In this document: positions 37,403-47,400 of the stretch, in pieces | Layout of the letters: every line of letters starts with the position of its first letter | Position numbering within the stretch: the first letter of the stretch is position 1 | From: a virus | Lineage: Duplodnaviria; Caudoviricetes | Strand: one strand, 5' to 3' | Length of the DNA stretch: 64,000 nucleotides | IMG/VR virus record: IMGVR_UViG_3300031555_001469 | Notes under the pieces: generated by a model | The model's input: only the letters and a program-made list of their open reading frames with translations | What the model was told of the DNA's origin: nothing | Databases searched by the model: none | Program-made: the position numbers and the translations under genes

Positions 37403-38143
37403 TTATTTGGTTTCTTCACCTAAACATCTGTTCTTAAGAAGCTTACTTAAGATAATCTCCATAGCTTCTGCAGGAATGAAAGGATTATTAAGATGGCTAA
37501 TATCTACACCAGCTTTAATACCATCTACGATAATCTTAAGCTGTGCGGAAGTATAGTCATTGATATACTCTCTTACATCGATTCCAAGATCAGTATAGTA
37601 ATTAATCAATTCTAAGAACTTTACCTGATCAAGTTCATATGTAAGACCATAACAAATAAGTTCAAAATACTTATCTTTATCATGTACCTTCTGATAGTTG
37701 TCATATATAACTGTCAACAACTGCTTAGGACCAGACATAAGCTGATAGAAAACTTCACGACCAGTTAAGTCTACCCACTTAGAAATATCAGTACTTGATT
37801 TATAATCATTTTTCAGCTGATCGAATTTCTCAGCTAAATCAGGACGTTCCTTGAAATTATTCATAGGAGTATTAAATTTATTACATAATTTATAAGTTAT
37901 AGGTACAATCTTTCTAATAGTGGCAATATATATATCGTAACCAAATAAAGCATGTCTCTTCATACCAACACATAATATACAGAATTTGTCTGGATTATTA
38001 TATATAATATTTCCATTTTCTGCATAATAATCCATTAGTGAATCTAAAGTTCCAAAGAATTTTATGTCATCTGTAATTTGAAAATAATCTCCTTCACTAA
38101 GATAAGCACAAAGTCTTTTTCTTAATAAAATATAAGCCTGCAT
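37403..38143 (-). CDS. hypothetical protein with a Q..I..G...G.D.S....P...AM repeat
   Basis: C-terminal repeat shared with 38157..38498. Confidence 0.7.
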   Translation of the reverse strand: MQAYILLRKRLCAYLSEGDYFQITDDIKFFGTLDSLMDYYAENGNIIYNNPDKFCILCVGMKRHALFGYDIYIATIRKIVPITYKLCNKFNTPMNNFKERPDLAEKFDQLKNDYKSSTDISKWVDLTGREVFYQLMSGPKQLLTVIYDNYQKVHDKDKYFELICYGLTYELDQVKFLELINYYTDLGIDVREYINDYTSAQLKIIVDGIKAGVDISHLNNPFIPAEAMEIILSKLLKNRCLGEETK

Positions 38144-38156
38144 ATTCTTTTCCTCC

Positions 38157-38498
38157 TTAATTATTTTTGAGTCTGGTAAGTGTTTGCCATGCTATTTTCA
38201 TAGCTTCTGATGGCAATTTAGGATGATTGTAAATCGATACATCGAGTCCATCTCTTAATCCTAAATAAATATACTTCATCTGAAGTCCGCCGTAATCATC
38301 TGGATTATAATCTGTTAAAGATACTCCATCGATGAATGCGTGTAGATATGTCTCACACATATCTGGGTCGTTCATATAGTATCTAGCATACAATGCAAGG
38401 CTATCTAAATCAATACCCTTATCTAGTGCTTCCTTCACCAGATCTATACATTCTTTGTCCATTTCGCAAATTTCCACAATAAGGTTTCTTGTGTTCAT
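38157..38498 (-). CDS. hypothetical repeat protein
   Basis: QMKYIYLGLRDGLDVSIYNHPKLPSEAM; early promoter at 38526-38540. Confidence 0.7.
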   Translation of the reverse strand: MNTRNLIVEICEMDKECIDLVKEALDKGIDLDSLALYARYYMNDPDMCETYLHAFIDGVSLTDYNPDDYGGLQMKYIYLGLRDGLDVSIYNHPKLPSEAMKIAWQTLTRLKNN

Positions 38499-38587
38499 TT
38501 TTATTGCCTCCTTTATTTATTATTTCATATAAATAATATATGATTAAAAATTTTATAGAGATACCGATTACTCAGTATCTCTTTTTT

Positions 38588-38743
38588 CTACTTACTTAAT
38601 CCATCAGACCATTCCTGTAAGATAAGTAAAGCTTGAGCTTTTTCTTCTTTGCTAAAAGCTCTAACTACTTCTTCAAAGCATCTTTTTTCCAAACTAGGTC
38701 TGTTGTCATTTTTAGATATTTGTTTAAGTTCAAATTCACTCAT
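38588..38743 (-). CDS. small hypothetical protein (51 aa, not in the ORF track)
   Basis: AAGGAG SD; MSEFELKQISKNDNRPSLEKRCFEEVVRAFSKEEKAQALLILQEWSDGLSK; late promoter at 38769-38780. Confidence 0.6.
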   Translation of the reverse strand: MSEFELKQISKNDNRPSLEKRCFEEVVRAFSKEEKAQALLILQEWSDGLSK

Positions 38744-38790
38744 ATCTGTCTCTCCTTATTTAGTTGATTAATTATGTGTGAGAGAGATAG

Positions 38791-39123
38791 TTAAAGTTTA
38801 ATAAACCAAGCAATAGATTTAAAAATTCTTTTTAAGATTAAAATAGGTTTAGAATAAAGTTTTATTTTATACCAATTGCATGGTAGCATATCTCTTTTTA
38901 ATTCTAATAATTCTATTTCTATACTTAATTTATCTACCTCTTTTATTATATTATCTATATCAGATATCACTTCTTCTTCTGTTCTATAACTTCTACCCTG
39001 TCTTACATCGAATAATTCCATTTCTAAGAAATCTAATTTATATTCTAATATAAGAAGTTGTATAATATTTTCTTCTATATCGTAATCTATCTTTTGTAAT
39101 AATTCTTTATCGTGTTTATTCAT
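38791..39123 (-). CDS. coiled-coil hypothetical protein
   Basis: Heptad-rich; late promoter at 39142-39153. Confidence 0.6.
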   Translation of the reverse strand: MNKHDKELLQKIDYDIEENIIQLLILEYKLDFLEMELFDVRQGRSYRTEEEVISDIDNIIKEVDKLSIEIELLELKRDMLPCNWYKIKLYSKPILILKRIFKSIAWFIKL

Positions 39124-39212
39124 TACTACACCACCTTCTATTAATTAGATGTTTCGGAGGTGTGATTAAGCAAAGTATAGAGGTGTAGATTTCTCTACAC
39201 CTCTTATGTACT

Positions 39213-40331
39213 TTACTTCTTAGAGAATTTAGAAAGAAGATTTAAAATGAAGTTGATTACCTTAGCAATGAATTCACCAAACTTAAACTTGTATGGTTCT
39301 TCAATATCAAGTAACTCATCTTCCTCTGGGTCTTCCTTTTCTTCTAATTCCTTTAATTCAGCTTCAATAACTTCAATCTGAACTTTGAGAGCTTCCATCT
39401 CTGCACCAAGTTCAATCTGAATCTCTTTGAACTTTTCAATGTTATTCATATGAGGAGTCGGATCACCATTCATTTCTCCGTTAAGCATCTTATCTACGAT
39501 CTTCTGTAACTGAGTAATAGTATTACCGATCTCATCAATCTTTTTCTGTAAAGATTCTACTTCAGCTTTATTCTTTTCGAGCCATTCTCTCTTAGCATCA
39601 AGACGGGTATGACCGTCACTAATACCCCAAGTTTCAGCTCTTTCATAGTCATATGGAAGAACACATTTACCCTGGTTACCCCACTCTTCGCCCCAAGAGT
39701 TCTGAACGAGCCAACCATGTTCATTCCAACCATAAATTACCATACAATGATAACCACTAAAATATTTCTTATTCTTGCTAGTATAGAGTACATTAGTATC
39801 AGCCATTAAAACTGCATCTCTGTACCACTTAATACTGAAGATAACAGCATCACCCTTTGTTAAAGCTGCCTTAATAGCATCGTCAGAAGAAATATCATAA
39901 TAAGAAGAAATCTTATTCTGATATGCTTCGGAACTTAACTCAGCCTTAACTTCTTCAAACTGTGTAATTGCCTGCGGTACTTCGATATTATAAGGGAAGC
40001 TTTCATGCTTAGCAGTACCATAGTTAAATACTGCCTTAATAGCATCTCTTATAATCATACCTTCACCCTTATGATCGGAGCCCTCTCTATTACCATAGAT
40101 GGTTCCTGTACTCATAAGAGTATTATCAGTTTCCTGATGATGATTAAACATCTCGATTACTTCAGCTAAAGAATGAGCTACACAGCTTCCTACAGAACCC
40201 TGGTCCTTAATAGGAGGAGTGTAAACTTCATATCTGTCCGGAAACGTAGCACCAGCTACACAAGTTGCCTTGTAATCTCTAACGTCCTTTGGTGATAAAA
40301 GAGCACCTAAACCCTTTTCCATATAAAACAC
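39213..40331 (-). CDS. papain-family (C1) cysteine peptidase with coiled-coil tail
   Basis: DQGSVGSCVAH, GYHCMVIYG, VQNSWGEEWG; late promoter at 40351-40362. Confidence 0.9.
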   Translation of the reverse strand: MFYMEKGLGALLSPKDVRDYKATCVAGATFPDRYEVYTPPIKDQGSVGSCVAHSLAEVIEMFNHHQETDNTLMSTGTIYGNREGSDHKGEGMIIRDAIKAVFNYGTAKHESFPYNIEVPQAITQFEEVKAELSSEAYQNKISSYYDISSDDAIKAALTKGDAVIFSIKWYRDAVLMADTNVLYTSKNKKYFSGYHCMVIYGWNEHGWLVQNSWGEEWGNQGKCVLPYDYERAETWGISDGHTRLDAKREWLEKNKAEVESLQKKIDEIGNTITQLQKIVDKMLNGEMNGDPTPHMNNIEKFKEIQIELGAEMEALKVQIEVIEAELKELEEKEDPEEDELLDIEEPYKFKFGEFIAKVINFILNLLSKFSKK

Positions 40332-40389
40332 CTTCCTTTTCTTTAGATTTTATTTAAATGTTGACGGGTAAAAGAGAAAAAAAATAAAT

Positions 40390-40411
40390 GGGGAGCTATA
40401 TAAGCCTCCCC
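40390..40411 (-). terminator. cassette terminator (near-identical to 42818-42839)
   Basis: GGGGAGCTATATAAGCCTCCCC with a T-run on the minus strand. Confidence 0.75.
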
Positions 40412-40418
40412 CTTTATT

Positions 40419-40727
40419 TTAAGCCCAAGTTTCTCTCGTTCCGGAATAAGCTCCGAAGAAGATATTGAAGAGCACATCAAAATGCTCTTTGGTTAAAAGG
40501 AACTCTGTTCCCGCATAACCTGTTTCCCTCACAATGAGGTGATATACATCCATGTCATTCTTGCCGAAATCTACGGAAATAACTACTTCATCATACTGAT
40601 CATATACTTCAATCAGTGATGGTCTCATACTTAACTTGAGACCCCTGCGTGCTAATTCTCTACCGAATCCGAATACTTCCTTCTTTAACTCCGGCATGTT
40701 TGTAGTGTTAATTTTGCAAATAATCAT
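40419..40727 (-). CDS. hypothetical early protein (leader cassette 2)
   Basis: ORF lying between the conserved leader and the conserved terminator. Confidence 0.7.
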   Translation of the reverse strand: MIICKINTTNMPELKKEVFGFGRELARRGLKLSMRPSLIEVYDQYDEVVISVDFGKNDMDVYHLIVRETGYAGTEFLLTKEHFDVLFNIFFGAYSGTRETWA

Positions 40728-40734
40728 ACGTCCT

Positions 40735-40874
40735 GCGCCCCCTTGACGCCCATGGCTTTTAATACCCCCGTAGTATTATGAGTCTTTGACTCGGATATTA
40801 AAAGGATAAGACATTGTATCCTCTTATCACTACTATAATATACAAGTATTTTTCCTAACTTTTACGGATCATAG
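40735..40874 (-). promoter_or_regulatory. conserved early promoter + structured 5' leader, copy 2
   Basis: Homologous to copies at 15.5 and 43.3 kb. Confidence 0.8.
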
Positions 40875-41361
40875 ATAATGCCCTTTTATGTTCTTCTCTA
40901 AGCTTATAGTAAACTTCTTCAATTGGATAGAATCTACCAGTATTTATAATATCATCTTGATCACATTCTGCTACAAATCCAGTATATTCTCCATCATAGT
41001 ACCCTATAAATACTTCAGTGTAATATCCGTGCCACTGTTCTTCTTCTGGGATATTTTCTTTAACCCATGGATGTACTTTATCTCGTATGAGATAACAACC
41101 ACTATACACCACATCCTTGCAGCATATTCTAACTTCCTCCTTAGTTTCTCTTATAGCAGCATCTAAACTGCTTTCGTTTTCGTTCCAACTACCTCCTGGT
41201 AATTTATATCTGTCCTCTCCAAATGAAATGAAAACTTTGTCGTCTTTAATGACAAGCATTTCTGACCTAGCCCTTACAGGTTTATCATACCCTTTTACAA
41301 TACAACATGCATTGTAGATTCCGTTGATATACTTACCGTATACCTCTTTAACTATACTCAT
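40855..41361 (-). CDS. Nudix hydrolase
   Basis: LPGGSWNENESSLDAAIRETKEEV Nudix box; early promoter at 41378-41392. Confidence 0.85.
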   Translation of the reverse strand: MSIVKEVYGKYINGIYNACCIVKGYDKPVRARSEMLVIKDDKVFISFGEDRYKLPGGSWNENESSLDAAIRETKEEVRICCKDVVYSGCYLIRDKVHPWVKENIPEEEQWHGYYTEVFIGYYDGEYTGFVAECDQDDIINTGRFYPIEEVYYKLREEHKRALSMIRKS

Positions 41362-41430
41362 AGTATCTACCTCCTTATACTATGATAATATATGAGTGAG
41401 AAGAAAGTTGACCTTTCTTCTCACCATAGT

Positions 41431-42747
41431 TTAAAATTCTACATTCATATTGAATTTCTTGATAGCTTTGCGAATATTTGTAGCTAATTCTTTTTTATGC
41501 TTATCTTCACAGTGACCATAGAATCTGATAGCAGATCTTACATGTGCCTCATCATTCAATGGGAACTTTCTAAGTTTAGGGATACCAAATGCAGAATCTG
41601 GTAATTCGTTTCTGTCTTTCATATTTAATTTGGCTTCCATGAAGTTAACTTCTCTAGTTGCTAAATAAATATCTATAGCAGCTTTATGATAATTATTAAG
41701 CTTATCATAAACTTCTTCAATTGGATAGAAGTTTCCAAAAGCATACATAGAATCATCTCTATCTACATTTCTGATATATCCAGAATAATTTCCATTATAT
41801 TCTGCAATATAAAGATGATTAATAGACCCATGATATTCGAATGGTAAATTACGTAAATTGTCATTTCTCTTACTAAACCTTTTCATATAAGTCTTTACAT
41901 ACTTTACATTCTTAAGAATGATACGAGCTTCTTCTTTACATTCATTTCTAACCTGCTCTTCTATAGAACAAGATGTTTCAGTTCCGCCACCAGGGATTCT
42001 ATATCCATGTCCATCTTTATTCTTATAAATAAAGACTTTATTTCCATAGAATACAAGAGCCTCACAACGTTCTCTGTAGTTATTATCACCAATAACTATT
42101 AAAGAGTTCCATACCCCATCTGAATCATAAGCACCGTTTAAAGTAGCCTCAATAGGTTCACTGGAGATAATACAATCTTCTAATTCATCGTCTCGATCAA
42201 GTGCCAGTGGCTTTATACAACCATTAGGATCATAGACAATTTCCTCTTTTTTCTTCCATGTATAATGATAATTACTGAAATCTAATACATGAATTTGTCC
42301 TAAATTAATAGGCATCAGGTTACCAGATTTCACATCATAAGTCTGTACCCAGAAATCTCTATCTGTGCCATTATTTCCTTTAGCTTTAATAGCTTCTTCA
42401 ATAGTAGGATAGTATTCGTTTCTATGTACAGTATACATCATCTTATCGGTACGAAGCATATAAGCTTTAAGATTATCGAAGTCTTCTACCCTAGTATCTT
42501 CTAAAACCAAGTTACCAGATTCTTCAACTCCTGTTAAGATATAACTCAAATTTCTCTCTGTATAATAAGATTCAAAGTTTTTCTTATTAATAGTAAGAGG
42601 ATTATTCATCAAAGCATTAGAAGCTTCCTCAGACTGAGTTAATAAATAAACTGCACTACCTTTCTTTTTATCCTTATCAGAAAATGGTAAATAGAAAGGT
42701 CTCTTATAGAGCATATTATCTTTTAATTCTTCTAAACAAATAGCCAT
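41431..42747 (-). CDS. late multidomain protein with Nudix domain
   Basis: IPGGGTETSCSIEEQVRNECKEEA; C-terminal LPDSAFGIP..RKFPLNDEAHVRSAIRFY module; late promoter at 42782-42793. Confidence 0.75.
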   Translation of the reverse strand: MAICLEELKDNMLYKRPFYLPFSDKDKKKGSAVYLLTQSEEASNALMNNPLTINKKNFESYYTERNLSYILTGVEESGNLVLEDTRVEDFDNLKAYMLRTDKMMYTVHRNEYYPTIEEAIKAKGNNGTDRDFWVQTYDVKSGNLMPINLGQIHVLDFSNYHYTWKKKEEIVYDPNGCIKPLALDRDDELEDCIISSEPIEATLNGAYDSDGVWNSLIVIGDNNYRERCEALVFYGNKVFIYKNKDGHGYRIPGGGTETSCSIEEQVRNECKEEARIILKNVKYVKTYMKRFSKRNDNLRNLPFEYHGSINHLYIAEYNGNYSGYIRNVDRDDSMYAFGNFYPIEEVYDKLNNYHKAAIDIYLATREVNFMEAKLNMKDRNELPDSAFGIPKLRKFPLNDEAHVRSAIRFYGHCEDKHKKELATNIRKAIKKFNMNVEF

Positions 42748-42817
42748 TTAAATTACCTCCTTCGGCAATATTATTTTATCTTACTTAATTGTTTCAGGAA
42801 TAAATGAAAAAAATAAA

Positions 42818-42839
42818 GGGGAGCTGTATAAGCCTCCCC
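42818..42839 (-). terminator. cassette terminator (21/22 identical to 40390-40411)
   Basis: GGGGAGCTGTATAAGCCTCCCC. Confidence 0.75.
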
Positions 42840-42845
42840 AGTATT

Positions 42846-43211
42846 TTACTTTTCCCTAAGCTCTGCAAGCCAAGCCTCGGTGCTGTCCCAATTTTCTGGT
42901 TTCATATCCATAATATAGTTAGAATCCTTTAACCATGGATCAAATAAATCTTTAATATCATGAACAGTGATCTCCGCTACCATAGTGATCTGATTAGAGA
43001 CTACCTCTAATCTTATTTTTTCTCTGTTATTAGTATGATATCTATACCATACTCTGACTAATCCATTAGCTGTATTTACTAAACAGCCATCGGTATCTAA
43101 ATTACGAACAGCGGTGAGTAATTTGCGGCCATTACTATCAATACCAATAAATACCTGCCCTAAGCTAAGAGCTGTTGCCTCTGTTATTCTGTTAATTGTC
43201 ATGCTTATCAT
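42846..43211 (-). CDS. hypothetical early protein (leader cassette 3)
   Basis: AAGGAGG SD 10 nt before the ATG. Confidence 0.7.
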   Translation of the reverse strand: MISMTINRITEATALSLGQVFIGIDSNGRKLLTAVRNLDTDGCLVNTANGLVRVWYRYHTNNREKIRLEVVSNQITMVAEITVHDIKDLFDPWLKDSNYIMDMKPENWDSTEAWLAELREK

Positions 43212-43218
43212 ATCTCTT

Positions 43219-43350
43219 GCGCCTCCTTAGCGCCCGTGGCTTCTATAACCCTAAAGAGTATTATAGGTTCCTTGACCCGGATATAGAAGGATAAGATATT
43301 ATTTCTTCTTATCACTATTATAATATACAAGTATATTTGTAAATTTTTAC
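43219..43350 (-). promoter_or_regulatory. conserved early promoter + structured 5' leader, copy 3
   Basis: Homologous to copies at 15.5 and 40.8 kb. Confidence 0.8.
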
Positions 43351-43403
43351 AATTTAACCTAAACAGGGACATTTAAGTAATATAAAAAGGAGGTGCATAA
43401 TTC

Positions 43404-43604
43404 ATGCCATCAGAAGATAAGTTCGTAAGAAAATTTAGAATTAGACACGACAAAGCATGGAGCTGGCATTTAGGAATCTTTTTCTGTGTAGAACCTAAGA
43501 GAAACAACGGAAAGAGAGATGTCTATTTGTTCTTGGCTTTAGGTACACATGATATTTCTATAGGTATGATATCCGAATATGAAGGAGACGAAGAATATGC
43601 CTAA
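43404..43604 (+). CDS. small hypothetical protein
   Basis: AAGGAGG SD; late promoter at 43368-43379. Confidence 0.65.
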   Translation: MPSEDKFVRKFRIRHDKAWSWHLGIFFCVEPKRNNGKRDVYLFLALGTHDISIGMISEYEGDEEYA

Positions 43605-43740
43605 TAAATTATCAAAAGAAAGTTTCATTCAAATACTCAACTCTATGACCGATAAAGAGATAAATGAGTATATTAAATCTAAAGGTAAACCACCGAAGGC
43701 AATTCGTCCTATCGTGGTACTTAGAGATTTACAAAAATAA
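43597..43740 (+). CDS. small basic hypothetical protein (47 aa, not in the ORF track)
   Basis: AAGGAG SD; MPNKLSKESFIQILNSMTDKEINEYIKSKGKPPKAIRPIVVLRDLQK. Confidence 0.6.
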   Translation: MPNKLSKESFIQILNSMTDKEINEYIKSKGKPPKAIRPIVVLRDLQK

Positions 43741-43776
43741 AAACAAAATAGTAATTCATTAAAGGAGGTCCATAAG

Positions 43777-44310
43777 ATGGATAATTTAAAGGAAATTATT
43801 GCTGATATTAAGAATAACCTTTCTCAGACATCAGCAAGCAGAAAAGACGAAGTTACCGTAATGAGAGGCATGTTAAATGATACTACATTTACTGTTGGAG
43901 TTTACGGTAAAGATGGATTAGTAGACACCTACTGTCCTGCAGAAGATGCTAGAAGCATGGTAGCTGGTATCCTTAAGGGTGCAGCTCACGTAACTAATCA
44001 GGAAGCTATCCAGTTAGCAGGTAACTATGAATTTACAAATTCTGATGCTACCTCTATGGTTAGAATTTCTAAGGAATTTGTTAATGTATACCTTGATACA
44101 GGTAGAAAGCTTCCACTTGGTTGCAGAGAAAAGTCTGATGTTTCTCTTGCTAAGAAGGAAGTTGCAGAAAGTACAAAGATCTACCCAGTTAAGATTGGTG
44201 TAGAAGCAGATGGCTCCGATAAGTGGGGTACAGGAACTAAGACAGTACCTGCACATGAAAGCATAAAGGTATTTGGTTCTTGTCCAGATTGGTGCAAACC
44301 TACTAAATAA
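43777..44310 (+). CDS. conserved late protein, possibly HU/IHF-like DNA-binding
   Basis: AAAGGAGG SD; own promoter (43742-43753) and terminator; C-terminal arm-like segment KTVPAHESIKV. Confidence 0.5.
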   Translation: MDNLKEIIADIKNNLSQTSASRKDEVTVMRGMLNDTTFTVGVYGKDGLVDTYCPAEDARSMVAGILKGAAHVTNQEAIQLAGNYEFTNSDATSMVRISKEFVNVYLDTGRKLPLGCREKSDVSLAKKEVAESTKIYPVKIGVEADGSDKWGTGTKTVPAHESIKVFGSCPDWCKPTK

Positions 44311-44323
44311 TATTTAATATATA

Positions 44324-44355
44324 TCCCGTAAGTACCTAAACTGGTACTTACGGGA
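44324..44355 (+). terminator. terminator hairpin
   Basis: TCCCGTAAGTACC-N6-GGTACTTACGGGA. Confidence 0.75.
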
Positions 44356-44428
44356 CAAATTTTGTCTCTTCAAGCATCTATTTAAAGGGGAAACATTAAG
44401 ATAAATCTTAAAGAGAGGAGGAGTAATT

Positions 44429-47400
44429 ATGGCCTTAAAAGACGTAACTAGCTATATCAAGAATATGGGTAAGTCTGTTGGCTACTCGATGATTGATGTA
44501 TCCAAAGAAACTGCGCCAGCTATGGCAGAGTTTGTGGATACTAATAAGGAATTATTTAAAGACGTATATGCTGCCGTAAAAGATCATAAGAAGTTTATGG
44601 AAAAAACCAAAGCTCTTATCACTGGTAGTAAAGTATATGAAGCCGCTGATGTCGGTCTCAAAGCTATGAAAGAAGATATCAGAACTGGTAACTTCTATAA
44701 CAAAGCTAGAACTGCTGAATTTGAAGCAAAATACAGTGGTTTTAATATGGATGATATGGATGCTGATGATATAGAGTTCAGTATGAAGGACGACGATGAT
44801 GGTAGTTTCGGAAGCGTAGAAATCTCTGATGGAGATAAGTACGTTGGAAGCACTGTTGAATCTGCAGTAAAAGCTTCTGCTGACCTTACATCAACTACTA
44901 TAGCTAGATCTGCTGAATATATGGGTTCTGTTACAAAGGCAAGCACAAGTGCTATTATTGTACAGAATGAAAGATTATTCGGTAATCTTAGTAATAGAAT
45001 TGTAGCTATGCATGGTGGTATAAATGATTTATATAAACTTCATGCTACTGCTATTGAAGCTACAGGTAAGATGAACAAAGAGTTCTATGAGAACACTACG
45101 AATCTTATGCGTGAATCTAATGCTATGCTTAAAGAAATGCTTGAGATGCAGAGAAATATGTACAAGCAGGAACAGCAGAAAGCAAAGGAAAAGACTACGT
45201 ATGGTGATATCGTAGGTAGTAACGGTATGCCAGATCTTAAAGAATATGCTAAAGTTATTGGCAAGAACTTTAAAGGTGCGACTGGTCAGTTTGGTGATAT
45301 GCTCGGTATGTTTGGTAAAGACAGTAATATGCTTGCAATGATGGTAGCGAGTCCATTAATGTTTATACCTAACTTCATAGCAAAAGCTGTTATACCTGCT
45401 GCTGTAGCGTCTAATATGTCAGAACTTGATAAAAGTTTATCTGGCGTATTCGGAACGTCTATAGCAAGATTTAATAAAATGGCTAAAAAAGATAATAGTC
45501 CTATTGGAAGTTTTATAGGAAAATTATTCGGTATTAGCTCTAATGTAAAGGGATCTATAGATACTGGTAATTATAATAAGGGAGCTGTACCTTTTGATGG
45601 AATTACTAGAAAATCTATTATTGAAGTAATCCCAGGTCACCTTAGAAGAATCGAAGCTATTTTATCTGGAATGGGAGATGAAAGAATATACGATTATGAT
45701 AAGGGTAAATGGACCTCTGCAAGTAAGCTTAAATCTCAGTATGATTCTATTGCAGACCAGCACAGAAATAGTGCTTTTTCTGATCTTAGGAATCATGCTA
45801 AGAGATATACAAAGACTGCAGGATTTTCCAAATCTCAGAAAAAGAAATTCGATGATGATTTTGAATTATTCCTGAAGCAGGTATATGAAGAGGGTGGTTA
45901 TCTTCCTTCTAATCTTCGTAAGATGAAGAAAGAAGACTACAATTATAATATATCTGATATGAATTTTGAACTTATTAGAAACATCCTTACTACTATGAAT
46001 AAGGGTGATGTTATGAGTATTGCTGGTAATGTATTAGAAGCTAGAAATAGACATAACAAAACTATTTCTGATTTAGAATTATCTGGATCAGCATTATATA
46101 ACTATCTTTTTGACGGCTCTGATATGAAGAATAGTTATAAGAAATTTAAGAACAAAGATGGAAAAATTACCGGATTTGATACAGCTGTTAATATAGCGAC
46201 TGTTACCGATAATCTTGGTAATAATATTTTCTTCTACCTTCAGAATATGCTTAAGACCATGGAATGGTATAAACTTAACTGGGGAATGGGAGGAGGTTCT
46301 TCTAATTCTAGAAAGTTTAGAAATATTAAGGATTCTGATTGGGATTCGTATGTTAATCATAGCTCTTCTTCTAATAGTAGAAAATATGAAGATGAACGAG
46401 CTTATGATGAAAAAATACGTAAGAGTGTTGCGAATGGTACCTACGTTAACTTTATTGATGCAGATTCCGATGAAGACATGGCTGAAGCTCAGGCAATGCT
46501 TAGAGGTAAAGCTGTTTTAGCTGGAATCAAAGATGAAGATGATAGACGTAAGGAATATAGATCTAAACACTATGGCGCATTTTATAAAGAACAAGATGAC
46601 TTAGATATGGGCAGATATAGTCATGGTAAGCATAATAAAGGTATTGTTACAAGACTTAGAGAAGCTGGTACTTTAATGGATAAATTTAACGTTATCTCTG
46701 AAGGTATTAAGGATTTTGCTAAGTCTCCTGCAACCTTATTAGCATCCGTAATTGATAAGGCTAATCAGTCTATATTTAGTTTCTTTTATCAGGACCCTCT
46801 TTATGATGAAGATGGTAATAAGATAAAAGGATTTATGGATTTAATGACTTCTAAGATGAAGACTAGTTTCGACAAGTTTAATAAATTCTTAGATGATAAG
46901 ATTTTAGATCCGTTAAAGAAGAAACTTGGAGTTGATAGTTTCGGAGATCTCGCTGATAAGTTCCTTGGAATGTTTGGATTAGACAAAAAGGGGCGTAAAG
47001 AAAAGTGGGACAATTTATTTGGCGAGGGTACATTCTTCGGTGATTTTAAGAAAGGTTTCAAAGATGAAATTGATCGTATCACTAAAGAAGTAGCTGAATC
47101 TACAAAAGCCGCTATGAAAGCAACTTATGGTAAAGCTGGTGAAGCTATTTTTGGAACTAATTCTACTTCAAATCCAGTAGTAGATAAGAAACGTCAAGCC
47201 GAACTTGCAAGACAGGATTTATTAAATAGATCTTCTGCAAGAGCAAGAGCATATCTTACAGGTACAGGATATGATGGAGAAGACTTTGAAGCTCGTGTAG
47301 CTGAACTCGCCGGAAGTTCTAAAAATATGAGAATTGTTAGAGCTTGGGAAGATGAGAATGCTGCTAGAGAAAACGAGTATGGTAATTTATTTAATTCTGG

